Shown: positions 39,261-50,120, numbered from the stretch's first letter. The stretch: 64,000 nucleotides of DNA from a bacterium (GCA_021816845.1 JAKAWT010000002.1:33017-97016); one strand, 5' to 3'. Notes: a model not told the origin generated them from the letters alone. Numbers and translations are program-made.

Positions 39261-42098
39261 CTATATATATTTTTTTAAAAATTCTCCTGTATAACTATTT
39301 TTTTCTTTTAGTATATCTCTAATTAAACCTTCAAATATTAAACTTCCGCCATTTTCACCTCCGTCTTTTCCTAGATCTATTATCCAATCAGCCATTTTAA
39401 TAACATCCATATTGTGTTCTATAATGACTACAGAATTACCTTGATCTACAAGTCCATTTATAACTATGAGGAGTTTTTTTATATCATCAAAATGTAGTCC
39501 AGTTGTAGGTTCATCGAGAATATATAGTGTTTTACCAGTAGCTTTCCTTGATAGCTCAGTTGCCAATTTTATTCTTTGAGATTCTCCTCCAGAAAGTGTT
39601 GTTGCAGGCTGCCCCAATTTCATATAACCTAATCCAACACTATTGAGTGTTTCCAATTTTACTTTTATAGAATGTATATTATCAAAAAATGATATTCCTT
39701 CACTTATAGTCATATCTAATATTTCTGCTATATTTTTACCTTTATATGTTATTGATAATGCCTCTTTGTTGTATCTTTTACCTTTACATATATCACATGT
39801 AACATATACATCAGGGAGAAATTGCATCTCTATCTTTATAATGCCATCTCCTTTACAATTCTCACATCTTCCACCCTTAACATTAAAACTAAATCTTCCC
39901 GCTTTGTATCCTCTTATTTTGGATTCTTTGGTTTTTGAGAATATATCTCTTATAATTGTGAACATATTAGTGTATGTAGCAGGGTTTGATCTTGGTGTTC
40001 TGCCAATTGGAGATTGATCAATATCAATAACTTTGTTTATCTTCTCTATACCTGTAATATTTTCATGCTCACCTACTTCTTTTTTAGTATGATAGATTAC
40101 ATTAGATAAATATGGATATAAAATATCATTTATAAGAGTACTCTTTCCTGACCCAGATACTCCAGTCACTATTGTTAAAGCACCCAAAGGGATTTTTACT
40201 GTTATATTTTTTAGATTATGTTCTCTAGCTCCTTCAATTGTTATAAAATCTGATATAGCTCTACGTTTTTTAGGGGTTTCAATTTTTCTTGTACCATTCA
40301 AATATTCTCCAGTTATTGAATTTATATCGTTTTTAATCTCATCATAACTACCTTTGGATATCACTTCACCACCAACTATCCCAGCTCCTTTACCCATATC
40401 TATTATAAAATCAGCATTCTCCATTGTTTCCTTATCATGTTCAACTACGATTACACTATTACCTAAATCACGTAAATCTTTAAGAGTAGATATCAATTTT
40501 AAATTATCTTTTTGATGAAGACCAATTGAAGGCTCATCAAGTACATATAAGATTCCAGATAATCTTGATCCAATCTGAGATGCTAGTCTTATTCTTTGAG
40601 CTTCTCCACCTGCTAGTGTTCTTGATGAACGTGATAAGGATAGGTATCCTACTCCAACTGAAGAAAGAAATTTTATTCTTGCTTCTATTTCTTGAAAGAT
40701 CTGTTTGGATATGATTTTCTTATTTTTATCTAAGTTTTTTTTACTACTATCTAGCCATTGTAGAAAATTATCAATAGCTACCTGGCTTACTATATCTATA
40801 GATTTATTATTTATTCTTACATTTCTAGCATACTTGTTTAATCTAGAACCATTACAAAGATTACAAATTTTTTCTATCATATACTCTTCAATCTCTCTTT
40901 TTTTCTGATCAGATCCATTTTCATATTTATCTTTTAGATACTCTATAATTCCATGAAATTCTACATTATATTTTCTTCTACTTTTAAATTTTGGCTTATA
41001 TGATATCTCATATTTCGTATTTCCTGTACCATAAAATAATATATTTTTTTCTCTCTCTGTGTATTTAGAAAATACTGTTGTTAAGGGTATGTTTTCTGCT
41101 ATTGATACTTCTTCTAGTATTTTAATTATCCAAGAGTTTTCATAATTTGTTATTTCATGAGTCATGGGATATATTGCACCTTCCATTATAGTAAGGTTAG
41201 GGTTATATATGCTATTTAAATCTATAATATTTAGAGTCCCTAGTCCCCCACATTGCTCACATGCTCCATAAGGAGAGTTAAAAGAAAATAGATTTGGCTG
41301 AATTTCAGGAATTGCCAAACCACACTTTGGACAAGATAAGTTTTCAGAAAATAAAGTATCCTTATCCTCATCTATATTATTTATTATAACTTCACCTTCA
41401 GATAGATTTACTGCATTCTCAATAGATTCAAAAATTCTTGTTTTAGTTTCTTTACTATCACTATCATCACTTTTTATCACTACTCTATCTATAACAAGTT
41501 CTATGTTATGAATTTTATACCTTGATAATTCTATTTCTTCATCTAAGGAGATAAGTTTTCCATCAATTCTTGCTCTCTGATAACCTTTTTTAAAAAGTGA
41601 TAACAATAATTCTTTATATTCCCCCTTTTTATTTTTAATAATGGGAGCTAATATTAGAAGTTTTTTATCTTTAATTGTCCATACTGTGTTTACTATTTGC
41701 TCAATTGTTTGACTTTCAATCTTTACATTGCAGTCTGGGCAATAAGGTATACCTATTTTTGAATATAATAATCTTAGATAATCATATATCTCTGTTATGG
41801 TACCTACAGTAGATCTTGGATTTCTACTTGCAGTTTTTTGGTCTATTGAAATTGCAGGGGAAAGACCATCTATATATTCTACATCAGGCTTCTCCATTAC
41901 TCCCAGGAATTGTCTTGCATATGATGATAGAGATTCAACATATCTCCTTTGTCCTTCTGCATATATAGTATCAAATGCTAAAGATGACTTTCCTGATCCA
42001 GAAACTCCCGTAATAACAACAAGTTTTCCTTTAGGTATATCAACATCAACATTCTTTAAATTATGTTCTTTAGCACCTTTTATTATTATTTTATCCAT
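39261..42098 (-). CDS. uvrA: Excinuclease ABC subunit A
   Basis: Two ABC modules ([28 protein letters not shown]; [13 protein letters not shown]). 945 aa. Confidence 0.93.
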   Translation of the reverse strand: MDKIIIKGAKEHNLKNVDVDIPKGKLVVITGVSGSGKSSLAFDTIYAEGQRRYVESLSSYARQFLGVMEKPDVEYIDGLSPAISIDQKTASRNPRSTVGTITEIYDYLRLLYSKIGIPYCPDCNVKIESQTIEQIVNTVWTIKDKKLLILAPIIKNKKGEYKELLLSLFKKGYQRARIDGKLISLDEEIELSRYKIHNIELVIDRVVIKSDDSDSKETKTRIFESIENAVNLSEGEVIINNIDEDKDTLFSENLSCPKCGLAIPEIQPNLFSFNSPYGACEQCGGLGTLNIIDLNSIYNPNLTIMEGAIYPMTHEITNYENSWIIKILEEVSIAENIPLTTVFSKYTEREKNILFYGTGNTKYEISYKPKFKSRRKYNVEFHGIIEYLKDKYENGSDQKKREIEEYMIEKICNLCNGSRLNKYARNVRINNKSIDIVSQVAIDNFLQWLDSSKKNLDKNKKIISKQIFQEIEARIKFLSSVGVGYLSLSRSSRTLAGGEAQRIRLASQIGSRLSGILYVLDEPSIGLHQKDNLKLISTLKDLRDLGNSVIVVEHDKETMENADFIIDMGKGAGIVGGEVISKGSYDEIKNDINSITGEYLNGTRKIETPKKRRAISDFITIEGAREHNLKNITVKIPLGALTIVTGVSGSGKSTLINDILYPYLSNVIYHTKKEVGEHENITGIEKINKVIDIDQSPIGRTPRSNPATYTNMFTIIRDIFSKTKESKIRGYKAGRFSFNVKGGRCENCKGDGIIKIEMQFLPDVYVTCDICKGKRYNKEALSITYKGKNIAEILDMTISEGISFFDNIHSIKVKLETLNSVGLGYMKLGQPATTLSGGESQRIKLATELSRKATGKTLYILDEPTTGLHFDDIKKLLIVINGLVDQGNSVVIIEHNMDVIKMADWIIDLGKDGGENGGSLIFEGLIRDILKEKNSYTGEFLKKYI

Positions 42099-42223
42099 AA
42101 ATGAGAATCAAATATTTTAGGCTACACAAATCTAGTAAATTCCAATCCACTGATTTGAGTCCCACCTATTCTATCACAAAGTACCATGTCTATTCCATTT
42201 TCATTACTATATCAGTCTGTATA

Positions 42224-43399
42224 TCAATTCATCCAATACATTTTAGACGTTGAATCTAAAGTACTTCCACGCGTAACGTGTTGTAAATCTGAAAAATTTA
42301 GATTATTTTTTTTATTATTTATGGTCACTCTTACTACAGCAATATCAAAAGAGTTATTAGTGAGGGTCATAAAAGCAAGATTATTCCCTGATGGAGACCA
42401 TGTAGGATGAGATTCTATCCCAACGTAAACAGTTTGTAAGGTTTTTTTATAAGTATTGAAACTTGAAGTTTCTGTATGTGTTAATATATTCTGTAGATTA
42501 AATTTCATAGTATATAAATTTGCATTATTATTACCCTTTCTTTCTAAAAATGCTAAATATTTACCATTGGGAGATAATCTTGGTTGCATGGCTTCTGATT
42601 TTAATGGGGTAACAGGATATGATTGGCCAGTTGCAAAATCATAAAGCATTATTTGTGAATCTGGCTGGGCAAGATTTGCAGTCCAATATATATAACTCGT
42701 ATATAGAATAAAATTAGGATTGGGCCATGTAACTCCCGCATCCCCTCCTGTATATGGATTAGGATTAACAAGATCAGTTTCTCCATAATAATTGGGGCCT
42801 AATGCTTGGTCTGAAGATAAGTAAGTTTGATTTGCAGATATCTGGAATATTCCCATTCCTGCTACATGTACACCTGTAAAAATCTTCTCCAAGTTTGTTA
42901 GATATGCTATATATTGACCATTTGGAGAATATGTTGGGGTAGCGGACCATAATTCATTATTAATGTTAGGATCTCTCCAATTTACTATCCTAGTAACATT
43001 TGTGCCATTGATATTCATTTGGTATAAATTTGAAAAATTAGTATGGAAGTGTACATAGGCAACTTTCTTGCCATTTTTAGAAATTGCTATATCTGATATA
43101 TCATTTGTATGAGTAATTTGTATTGCTTTCTTACCAGTAATATCCCATAAATTGTTATTCTTTACAAAATACAAATTCCCTTTTAGATTATATGAATTTG
43201 TTAAATTGACAGTTTTAGTATTATATGATTGAAGGGCTTTTGGATTTAGTATCGCTGATAATAAACTAAAGTATCTTATAACTAAATAAACAAAAATAGC
43301 TAGTACCAGAATTAGGATAATATACTTAATCTTAAATTTGTGTTTTTTATCTGTTGTATTTTGTCTATAATTTTTATAATCCATTGTCCTAGTTTCCAT
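42224..43399 (-). CDS. TolB-like beta-propeller (PD40 repeats) protein with N-terminal membrane anchor
   Basis: Repeated SPNGQYIAYL / SPNGKYLAFL / SPSGNNLAFM motifs. N-terminal TM helix. Confidence 0.65.
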   Translation of the reverse strand: METRTMDYKNYRQNTTDKKHKFKIKYIILILVLAIFVYLVIRYFSLLSAILNPKALQSYNTKTVNLTNSYNLKGNLYFVKNNNLWDITGKKAIQITHTNDISDIAISKNGKKVAYVHFHTNFSNLYQMNINGTNVTRIVNWRDPNINNELWSATPTYSPNGQYIAYLTNLEKIFTGVHVAGMGIFQISANQTYLSSDQALGPNYYGETDLVNPNPYTGGDAGVTWPNPNFILYTSYIYWTANLAQPDSQIMLYDFATGQSYPVTPLKSEAMQPRLSPNGKYLAFLERKGNNNANLYTMKFNLQNILTHTETSSFNTYKKTLQTVYVGIESHPTWSPSGNNLAFMTLTNNSFDIAVVRVTINNKKNNLNFSDLQHVTRGSTLDSTSKMYWMN

Positions 43400-44480
43400 A
43401 TAGCTTTGAGAATAAATTATTAATTGCTGGCCAATTAGGTTCTACTATATCCTGTGTAATATACTGACCTAGTGTTGGGTCGTAGTTTGTAGTTGTAGAT
43501 AAAGACGAATACTTAGGAGGTGATAATATTATAGACTGTATTGGTGTTGATCCCATACCTTTAGCCATAGTAGCTAGAGAAATTATATTAGGGATGGACA
43601 TGTCAGTCCTTACATATTGAGTAAGTGAGTTAAATAATGATGGAATTGCAGAGATTGTTTCTGTAGTTTCTAGTTTCTTTTTTAATATAGTTAAAATTTG
43701 CTGTTGTCTTTTTGCTCTACCAAAATCTCCTTGTAAATCACCGTGTCTTGATCTTACATATTCTAGTGTTCTGAAGCCATCCATGTATTGAGGAGCTGGA
43801 GAGATATATAGATTTATTAAGTTATTTATTAATTGTGGATTTCCAGTTAAATCATTAGGGTAAGCCCAATCCATTACTGGATGCGTAGGTGTTACGTATA
43901 CACCTCCAAATTTATTTATAACATTTATAAAACCATTTAATCCAATCCATGCATAATAATCTATCCTTATCCCAAAATATTGTTCAACCACTTGTCTTGT
44001 TAATTGTATACCTCCGATTTCAGATACAGTATCAAATTTAGAGTATCCCCCATTTAGTGTATATCCTGGTATTTTTATCCAAAAATCTCTGGGTATAGAT
44101 ATTAAATAAATCTTTTTTTGGGATGGATTGATGCTTGCTATCATCATAGTTTGGGTAAGTAAATGCTGTGGGTTGAATTTAGCATCTGAGTCAGAACCTA
44201 ATATTAAAATATTAGTAAATGTGTTGCTTTTATCATATTTATATTTTAGTGTTTGTTCCACTTTAGTCTGTTTTATAGTATTCCCTGTTATTTGAAACAA
44301 ATCAGATATTACTTGTACATATCCAGATTTTAAAAGTAGAAGAAAAATTATTAGTATGAATATAACAAAAATAGATAAACAACCTAGCCACCTTCTTTTT
44401 TTCCTTCTTGGAGATTTCATTATTGATGATTGTACATCTTGATGTTGACCATGTTGTAAATTGTCAAAGTCTATTACCAT
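43389..44480 (-). CDS. LytR-CpsA-Psr (LCP) family cell-wall glycopolymer transferase
   Basis: NILILGSDSD, LTQTMMIASINPSQKKIYLISIPRD. N-terminal TM helix. Confidence 0.8.
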   Translation of the reverse strand: MVIDFDNLQHGQHQDVQSSIMKSPRRKKRRWLGCLSIFVIFILIIFLLLLKSGYVQVISDLFQITGNTIKQTKVEQTLKYKYDKSNTFTNILILGSDSDAKFNPQHLLTQTMMIASINPSQKKIYLISIPRDFWIKIPGYTLNGGYSKFDTVSEIGGIQLTRQVVEQYFGIRIDYYAWIGLNGFINVINKFGGVYVTPTHPVMDWAYPNDLTGNPQLINNLINLYISPAPQYMDGFRTLEYVRSRHGDLQGDFGRAKRQQQILTILKKKLETTETISAIPSLFNSLTQYVRTDMSIPNIISLATMAKGMGSTPIQSIILSPPKYSSLSTTTNYDPTLGQYITQDIVEPNWPAINNLFSKLYGN

Positions 44481-44492
44481 GATAATTAAGTC

Positions 44493-46526
44493 TTAAGTCA
44501 GTTTGATTTCTCTAATCTTATCTCTTATTGATGCTGCTTTCTCAAATTCCATGTTATCAGAATATTCTTTCATCTGTTTTTTGAGTTTTGCTATTATATC
44601 TTTTGTGTCTAGATAATTCGAATCTAAATTCTTTGTATCAGAAATTTCTTCTAAATTCAAATCTTTTGCTTTATTATAATTGGATCTTTCAAGTTGTACA
44701 TCTATATTTTTTGTTATACCAAGTGGCTTAAATCCATATTCTTTATTATAACGTAGCTGAATATTTCTTCTTCTGGTAGTTTCTTTTATTGCTTCTGTCA
44801 TAGATTCAGTCATTATATCTGCATACATTATTACATTCCCACTAACATGTCTTGCTACCCTTCCCATCGTCTGAATAAGACTTTGTTTTGATCTTAAAAA
44901 TCCTTCTTTATCAGCATCAAGTATAATCATTAACGATACTTCAGGAAGATCCAATCCTTCCCTTAAAAGATTGATTCCTACCAGTACATCATAAGTTCCC
45001 AATCTTAGGTCTCTTAATATCTCTGTCCTTTCAATTGTATGTATCTCACTGTGAAGATACTGTGTTTTTAGATTATGGTCTTTAAAGTATGTTGATAATT
45101 CTTCAGCCATTTTTTTCGTTAGGGTTATAACAATAGTTCTCTCTTTCTTTTTTATTCTTTTATCTATTTCTTTTTTTATATCATCAATCTGATTCTTCGT
45201 TGGTCGTACCTCTATTGTTGGGTCTACTAATTTTGTTGGCCTTATTATTTGTTCCACAATGCCATTTTTGGGATAGTTTTTTAGATTTTTAGTACTTATA
45301 TTAGATATGTTTATCTCAAAATCATTTGGTGTAGCTGATACATATATTACCTGATTAACTTTTTTCTCAAATTCATCAAACCTTAAAGGTCTGTTATCTA
45401 TTGCTGAAGGTAACCTAAAACCGTAATCTACTAATGTTTTTTTTCTAGCATAATCTCCTTTATACATACCTCTTATTTGTGGTATTGTCATATGACTTTC
45501 ATCTATTATCAATAAATAATCTTTTGGAAAAAAATCTAGGAGTGTGTATGGGGCTGACCCTTGAGCTCTACCTTCTAAATGTCTAGAATAATTTTCAATT
45601 CCTTGGCAATAACCCATTTCTTCTATCATTTCAAGATCAAATTTTACCCTCTGTTCCAATCTTTGGGCTTCTACTAATTGATTATTCTTTTTAAAGTGAT
45701 CAACCCTATCTTTCATTTCTTTTCTTATATTGACAATAGCTTTTTTGATTTTTTCATCTTTGACAAGATAATGTTTGGCTGGATAAATATAAATTTCACT
45801 ATAGTTTTCAATTATAGATCTAGTTAAGGGATCAACAAGTGTGATTGATTCAATTTCGTCGTCAAACATCTCAATCCTTATTATGTTCTCTTCATATGGT
45901 GGAAAAATTTCAATTATATCTCCCTTTACTCTAAAGGTACCTCTCTGGTATTCTATATCATTTCTTGAATATTGAATATTATTTAGAAGAGTAAAAAGCT
46001 CATGCCTTTTTATTTTATCATTCCTTGTGATTAACACTTTTAGCTCATTGTATTCATCTGGAGAACCTAATCCATAAATACATGATACAGACGATACTAT
46101 TATTACATCATTCCTAGATTGTAAAAACTGAGTAGCTTTATTTCTATATTTTTCAATCTCCTCATTTACTCTAGTTTCTTTTTCAATATATATATCTTTT
46201 GTTGGGATATAAGCCTCTGGTTGATAATAATCATAATACGATACAAAATAAGCAACTGCATTATTAGGAAAGTAATTTTTAAATTCTGAAGCTAGTTGTG
46301 CGGCTAGGGTCTTGTTGTGTGCGATTACAAGTGTTGGTTTACCTATGTTTGCTATTACATTAGACATTACAAACGTTTTTCCAGATCCTGTTACACCCAT
46401 TAAAGTTTGATGTTTAGCTCCTTCTTTTAAGCCTAGGGTTAAAGTCTCTATTGCTTGGGGCTGATCCCCTTCAGGTTTATATTTAGATATAAGATTGAAA
46501 TTGTCACCTGATTTTATTGATCCCAT
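44493..46526 (-). CDS. uvrB: Excinuclease ABC subunit B
   Basis: GDQPQAIETL, GVTGSGKTF, C-terminal UvrC-interaction helix EFEKAASIRDKIREIK. Confidence 0.93.
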   Translation of the reverse strand: MGSIKSGDNFNLISKYKPEGDQPQAIETLTLGLKEGAKHQTLMGVTGSGKTFVMSNVIANIGKPTLVIAHNKTLAAQLASEFKNYFPNNAVAYFVSYYDYYQPEAYIPTKDIYIEKETRVNEEIEKYRNKATQFLQSRNDVIIVSSVSCIYGLGSPDEYNELKVLITRNDKIKRHELFTLLNNIQYSRNDIEYQRGTFRVKGDIIEIFPPYEENIIRIEMFDDEIESITLVDPLTRSIIENYSEIYIYPAKHYLVKDEKIKKAIVNIRKEMKDRVDHFKKNNQLVEAQRLEQRVKFDLEMIEEMGYCQGIENYSRHLEGRAQGSAPYTLLDFFPKDYLLIIDESHMTIPQIRGMYKGDYARKKTLVDYGFRLPSAIDNRPLRFDEFEKKVNQVIYVSATPNDFEINISNISTKNLKNYPKNGIVEQIIRPTKLVDPTIEVRPTKNQIDDIKKEIDKRIKKKERTIVITLTKKMAEELSTYFKDHNLKTQYLHSEIHTIERTEILRDLRLGTYDVLVGINLLREGLDLPEVSLMIILDADKEGFLRSKQSLIQTMGRVARHVSGNVIMYADIMTESMTEAIKETTRRRNIQLRYNKEYGFKPLGITKNIDVQLERSNYNKAKDLNLEEISDTKNLDSNYLDTKDIIAKLKKQMKEYSDNMEFEKAASIRDKIREIKLT

Positions 46527-46673
46527 TTGTCTATTTTATCATAGTTACTAAATTTTACATTAAATAAATATATTTTATATAACTTTAAATAATATTTATA
46601 TCTATATGTATTGTACAAATTTGACATATTCTTAATATTTATATATCATTGTGTCATATTATAAAAGAATGTA

Positions 46674-47732
46674 ATGGCAAAATTCGCAAAAGATAAAACA
46701 GGCACAGACAATGTTGAAGACGTAGTAGAGGTAAAGGTTCAAGAAAAGAAATCTTTAGCTAATAGGCTATATTCCAAGTCAGCATTTTCTAATAAGGAAC
46801 AAAGACCTAAAGTTATTATATCTACTATTGTATTATTACTTTTTGTTATAGTGGTAGCTTTATTTTTTGTTATGTATAATTTTGGTACATATATACCAGG
46901 AGTTTCTACTGTTGTAGATAAAGTTCCTATATTATCTAATCTTGATAGATCAGCACAGAATATATTACCTAAAACTGCTACATCAGAACAAAATGTTACT
47001 GGATATCATTTTAATGTTGATTTTGCACTTAATTCTCAAGGTTCATCTACAACTAGTGGTAATATTGCACAATCGTTCTCTGGTAATGTAGATTTTTCAA
47101 ATCCTAAGAATATACAACTTCAGTCTTTGCTTTCAGAAAAAATATCTAGTTCTAAGTCCGCTTTTAATATTGATGGAAAAGTAATACAGACAAATAATAA
47201 AATGTATTTAAACTTTTCTAAATTTCCTTCTGTATTGAATACAGGAATAAAATTAAATCAATGGGTTACATTACCAAAACCACAGTTTAATTTTTTGGAA
47301 GATTTAACAAATGAATCAAATATGCCTAACATTAATACTCTCCAAGTTGCAATGAAGGGAAATGAAATACTTAATGGTACATCTGTTACCAAATATGAGG
47401 TTACTTATCCTAAAGCTGATTTTTCTTCTATAAATCTTTCTAAGGCACTAGAATCATTGTCAGGAATGTCTAATATGCAAAGTATTATATCATCAAAGAC
47501 TATAACAGTTGATGAATGGGTTGGGGTTGCAGACAATAAAATATACCAAGAATCTGTTAAATTTTCAGTTGCAGGCCAGACTCCTACAACACTGTATTTT
47601 GGTATATCAATGAGTAGTTTTAACTCACCATTTAGTATTACTGCTCCATCTAAGACTACAACAGTTTCAGGTAGTAAATCTACTTCGTCATCTGGATCTT
47701 CTGGATCTGGATCCACATCAAGTAAAAAATGA
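46674..47732 (+). CDS. Hypothetical N-terminally anchored extracytoplasmic protein with Ser-rich C-terminus
   Basis: Single TM helix at about residues 45-70, then 280 aa of polar sequence ending SGSKSTSSSGSSGSGSTSSKK. I recognise no family. Confidence 0.5.
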   Translation: MAKFAKDKTGTDNVEDVVEVKVQEKKSLANRLYSKSAFSNKEQRPKVIISTIVLLLFVIVVALFFVMYNFGTYIPGVSTVVDKVPILSNLDRSAQNILPKTATSEQNVTGYHFNVDFALNSQGSSTTSGNIAQSFSGNVDFSNPKNIQLQSLLSEKISSSKSAFNIDGKVIQTNNKMYLNFSKFPSVLNTGIKLNQWVTLPKPQFNFLEDLTNESNMPNINTLQVAMKGNEILNGTSVTKYEVTYPKADFSSINLSKALESLSGMSNMQSIISSKTITVDEWVGVADNKIYQESVKFSVAGQTPTTLYFGISMSSFNSPFSITAPSKTTTVSGSKSTSSSGSSGSGSTSSKK

Positions 47733-48250
47733 ACAAAAAATATATAATTAGTGTACTTGTTTTTATATATATTGTAATTACAGGAGTATTGATTTATTTT
47801 ATTTTGTATCAGAAATCCCATCCAGTATATGTATACAATGTTGAAAAACCATTAACGAATAATAATAACATATATAGAATATCCCTGGATGAGCAAATTA
47901 TGCAAAATCTCAATACAATACGAAGTGCTTTTTTATCTACCCCTGGATATAACAAACTAAATGTATCAAGAGTATCTTTATTCAAACAGACATCTATTAA
48001 TGGTGTAAGTGGTAGTGTACCTTCATGTTATCCTGTATATTCCAATGCAAGTGATAGATGTACTTCTCTATCTAGTATATATCCACAGATACAAAAACAT
48101 TTGTCAAATGTAAGTATAGATTTCTCCTCTCCTCATAATATAAGTAATTATTATGTAGTTCTATATAACAATCATTATTATTTTTTGGATATTAACTATA
48201 GACATACAATACAAAACAATGGATTCCCTGTAATATATATTGAAAGTTGA
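47729..48250 (+). CDS. Hypothetical N-terminally anchored small protein
   Basis: 4-nt ATGA overlap with the upstream gene. N-terminal TM helix. 173 aa. Confidence 0.5.
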   Translation: MNKKYIISVLVFIYIVITGVLIYFILYQKSHPVYVYNVEKPLTNNNNIYRISLDEQIMQNLNTIRSAFLSTPGYNKLNVSRVSLFKQTSINGVSGSVPSCYPVYSNASDRCTSLSSIYPQIQKHLSNVSIDFSSPHNISNYYVVLYNNHYYFLDINYRHTIQNNGFPVIYIES

Positions 48251-48322
48251 TTTTTAAGCTTCAATTATGCAATAATTCTCTTGTCATTAGAATAGAATCT
48301 AAATGTAATAACCTATATCTAA

Positions 48323-48396
48323 GGTTGCGTGGTGTAGTGGTCTAACATGTCTCCCTGTCACGGAGAAGATCGACGGTTCGAATCCGTTCGCAACCG
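48323..48396 (+). tRNA. tRNA-Asp (anticodon GTC)
   Basis: Manual fold: acceptor GGTTGCG/CGCAACC, anticodon stem TCTCC/GGAGA, loop CTGTCAC. No CCA. Confidence 0.75.
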
Positions 48397-48466
48397 TTTT
48401 TCAATGTAGGTAGATAAATCAATTTTAATCCTTTCATTGTTTATTACATTTTTATATAATAAAACA

Positions 48467-48997
48467 ATGGGTGATAAAATTTTAAAAAATTCATATACTA
48501 TATCCTTTATTATAGAATTTGCAATTTTCCTCGCTATTGGTATTTTTTTTATTGTAGTTATAATCAATACAGTTTTCCCTTATGTGAATAAAATTCATTT
48601 CTATCACACCCAATCATCAGTTTCCCTAAATTCTACTATAAATACTATTACTCCGAAACAAGAAAAAGTTAATAAAAATATTGAAGAATCTTTTGTTCAA
48701 AAATTTTATACTATCTTATCAACTTCTACTGGTTTAAACGATAATATAGGATCATATCTTACTTCATCATTTCAGGATACCATGATAGCTCAATATCAAA
48801 ATTCTAATTATACTAAGGATATAGAACAGAATCTCGGAATCTCAGGATTTCCTCCTAATATACATTTTTATCAGAGTTTTGCAGGATATTTTGTTGTGTA
48901 TGGCAATTATAACGGATCGATAGAATATCTTAATATATATGTACAGAAGATTAATGGAAAATACTTTGTGAATAATATTACCCTTTCTTCTGGTTAA
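48467..48997 (+). CDS. Hypothetical N-terminally anchored protein (start trimmed to MGDK)
   Basis: TATAAT at 48455-48460 lies 6 nt before the ATG at 48467. The longer ORF start (48437) would sit 40 nt after the tRNA. TM helix then polar domain. Confidence 0.5.
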   Translation: MGDKILKNSYTISFIIEFAIFLAIGIFFIVVIINTVFPYVNKIHFYHTQSSVSLNSTINTITPKQEKVNKNIEESFVQKFYTILSTSTGLNDNIGSYLTSSFQDTMIAQYQNSNYTKDIEQNLGISGFPPNIHFYQSFAGYFVVYGNYNGSIEYLNIYVQKINGKYFVNNITLSSG

Positions 48998-49506
48998 ATA
49001 CCATGTATTTTTTTTATTGATTTTTTTCTATAAAATCCTTTATATGTGTTGTTCTTGTCTTTTGAATCAGTATTAAAGTACACACTTTGGGCTATTCTTG
49101 CTCGCTTCTTAATTCTAATCCCATTTTTATTTAAAACTTCAAGTATTGTTGTTATATAACCTTGATACCCTGGATCTATTAGTCCAGCTATGATTACTGC
49201 TCCACATCTATTTAAAGACGTACGAGACACTATATATCCTGCTATATTATATGGTATGTTTAGTTTTTCCTTAAATTCAACCATATAACTACCTTGCTTT
49301 AGGATATACCAATCTTTGCTAACCTTTATTTCAGATATTTTTGGTAATATTCTATCAACATTGTCAAAATCCACAGAGCCAATACTCTCCCACTCATATA
49401 TTTTTTCTACAGTCAAATCAAAGCCAGCTTGTTGCATTTGTACATCATAATTAATATAGTTTGATATCAATTTATTAGATTTAATTGTATCTTTTGATAA
49501 TAACAT
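48994..49506 (-). CDS. dUTPase/dCTP deaminase superfamily protein (second paralog)
   Basis: AGFDL (motif I-like) and AGLIDPGYQGYITTILEV (motif III-like). 170 aa. Confidence 0.65.
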   Translation of the reverse strand: MLLSKDTIKSNKLISNYINYDVQMQQAGFDLTVEKIYEWESIGSVDFDNVDRILPKISEIKVSKDWYILKQGSYMVEFKEKLNIPYNIAGYIVSRTSLNRCGAVIIAGLIDPGYQGYITTILEVLNKNGIRIKKRARIAQSVYFNTDSKDKNNTYKGFYRKKSIKKIHGI

Positions 49507-49530
49507 TTGTATATTTATATTAATTTTCAG

Positions 49531-49857
49531 CTAATTTAGATTCTCAGGATTTATATTCTTCCATGATACATATCCACCCTTTAGATTATATATTTTATTA
49601 GAATCTATAATCTTTTTATCTATGATTGTTTTAATCAATGCAAATGATCTTCTTCCTGTATGACAATGTATTACAATATCTTTTTCTTGATGATTATCTA
49701 TGAAATTTTCTAATTTTACTATATCTATTGTTGATAAAGGTAAGTGATGATTTTCTGGTATTGTTCCATCTTTTAGTCTTTCATATTGTTCTCTAATATC
49801 TAAAACAACATAATTATCTCTATTGTTTATAAGTTCGTATACAGTTATTTCCTTCAT
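49531..49857 (-). CDS. Rhodanese-like sulfurtransferase domain protein
   Basis: Active-site loop IVIHCHTGRRS, i.e. C-x5-R. The start is trimmed to MKEITVYEL because the longer ORF overlaps tRNA-Gly. Confidence 0.7.
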   Translation of the reverse strand: MKEITVYELINNRDNYVVLDIREQYERLKDGTIPENHHLPLSTIDIVKLENFIDNHQEKDIVIHCHTGRRSFALIKTIIDKKIIDSNKIYNLKGGYVSWKNINPENLN

Positions 49858-49880
49858 ATTATTAATTATATAAATATTAT

Positions 49881-49952
49881 AGTGAGAGACGGGATTCGGA
49901 CCCGCGATCTCTTCCTTGGGAAGGAAGCATTCTACCACTGAACTACTCTCAC
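49881..49952 (-). tRNA. tRNA-Gly (anticodon CCC)
   Basis: Manual fold: acceptor GTGAGAG/CTCTCAC, anticodon stem CTTCC/GGAAG, loop TTCCCAA. The T-loop reads TCCGAAT, which is atypical. No CCA. Confidence 0.65.
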
Positions 49953-49959
49953 ATTATTA

Positions 49960-50031
49960 GCCGATAAGCAGACTCAAACTGCTGTCTCCACTTTACGAGG
50001 GTGATGCTTTATCAGTTAAGCTATATCGGCA
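49960..50031 (-). tRNA. tRNA-Thr (anticodon CGT)
   Basis: Manual fold: acceptor GCCGATA/TATCGGC, D-stem GCTT/AAGC, loop CTCGTAA, T-arm AGCAGTTTGAGTCTGCT. No CCA. Confidence 0.65.
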
Positions 50032-50120
50032 CGTTTATAAGTTTATGATTGCAACACCTTATAATATTAGGTATTTTATCAAATTTTTATTTTTTATCAC
50101 ACTTTTGCTATAATGAGGTG

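Noticed and set aside
42099-42223. Possible terminator hairpin (CAAATC...GATTTG) between uvrA and the TolB-like gene
   Set aside because: The stem is 6 bp with a 19-nt loop, is AT-rich, and has no following U-tract on the relevant strand.
48358-48567. 69-aa minus-strand ORF
   Set aside because: Overlaps tRNA-Asp (48323-48396) and the 5' region of the 48467 gene; no support.
49858-49938. N-terminal extension of the rhodanese ORF (MVECFLPKEEIAGPNPVSHYNIYIINN)
   Set aside because: The extension overlaps tRNA-Gly (49881-49952). The start was trimmed to the in-frame ATG at 49857.
50049-50120. Longer N-terminus (MQHLIILGILSNFYFLSHFCYNEV) for the BI-1-like protein
   Set aside because: The region contains a TATAAT box 6 nt upstream of the internal ATG (50121), matching the leaderless pattern seen elsewhere. 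The extension would add no recognisable domain.
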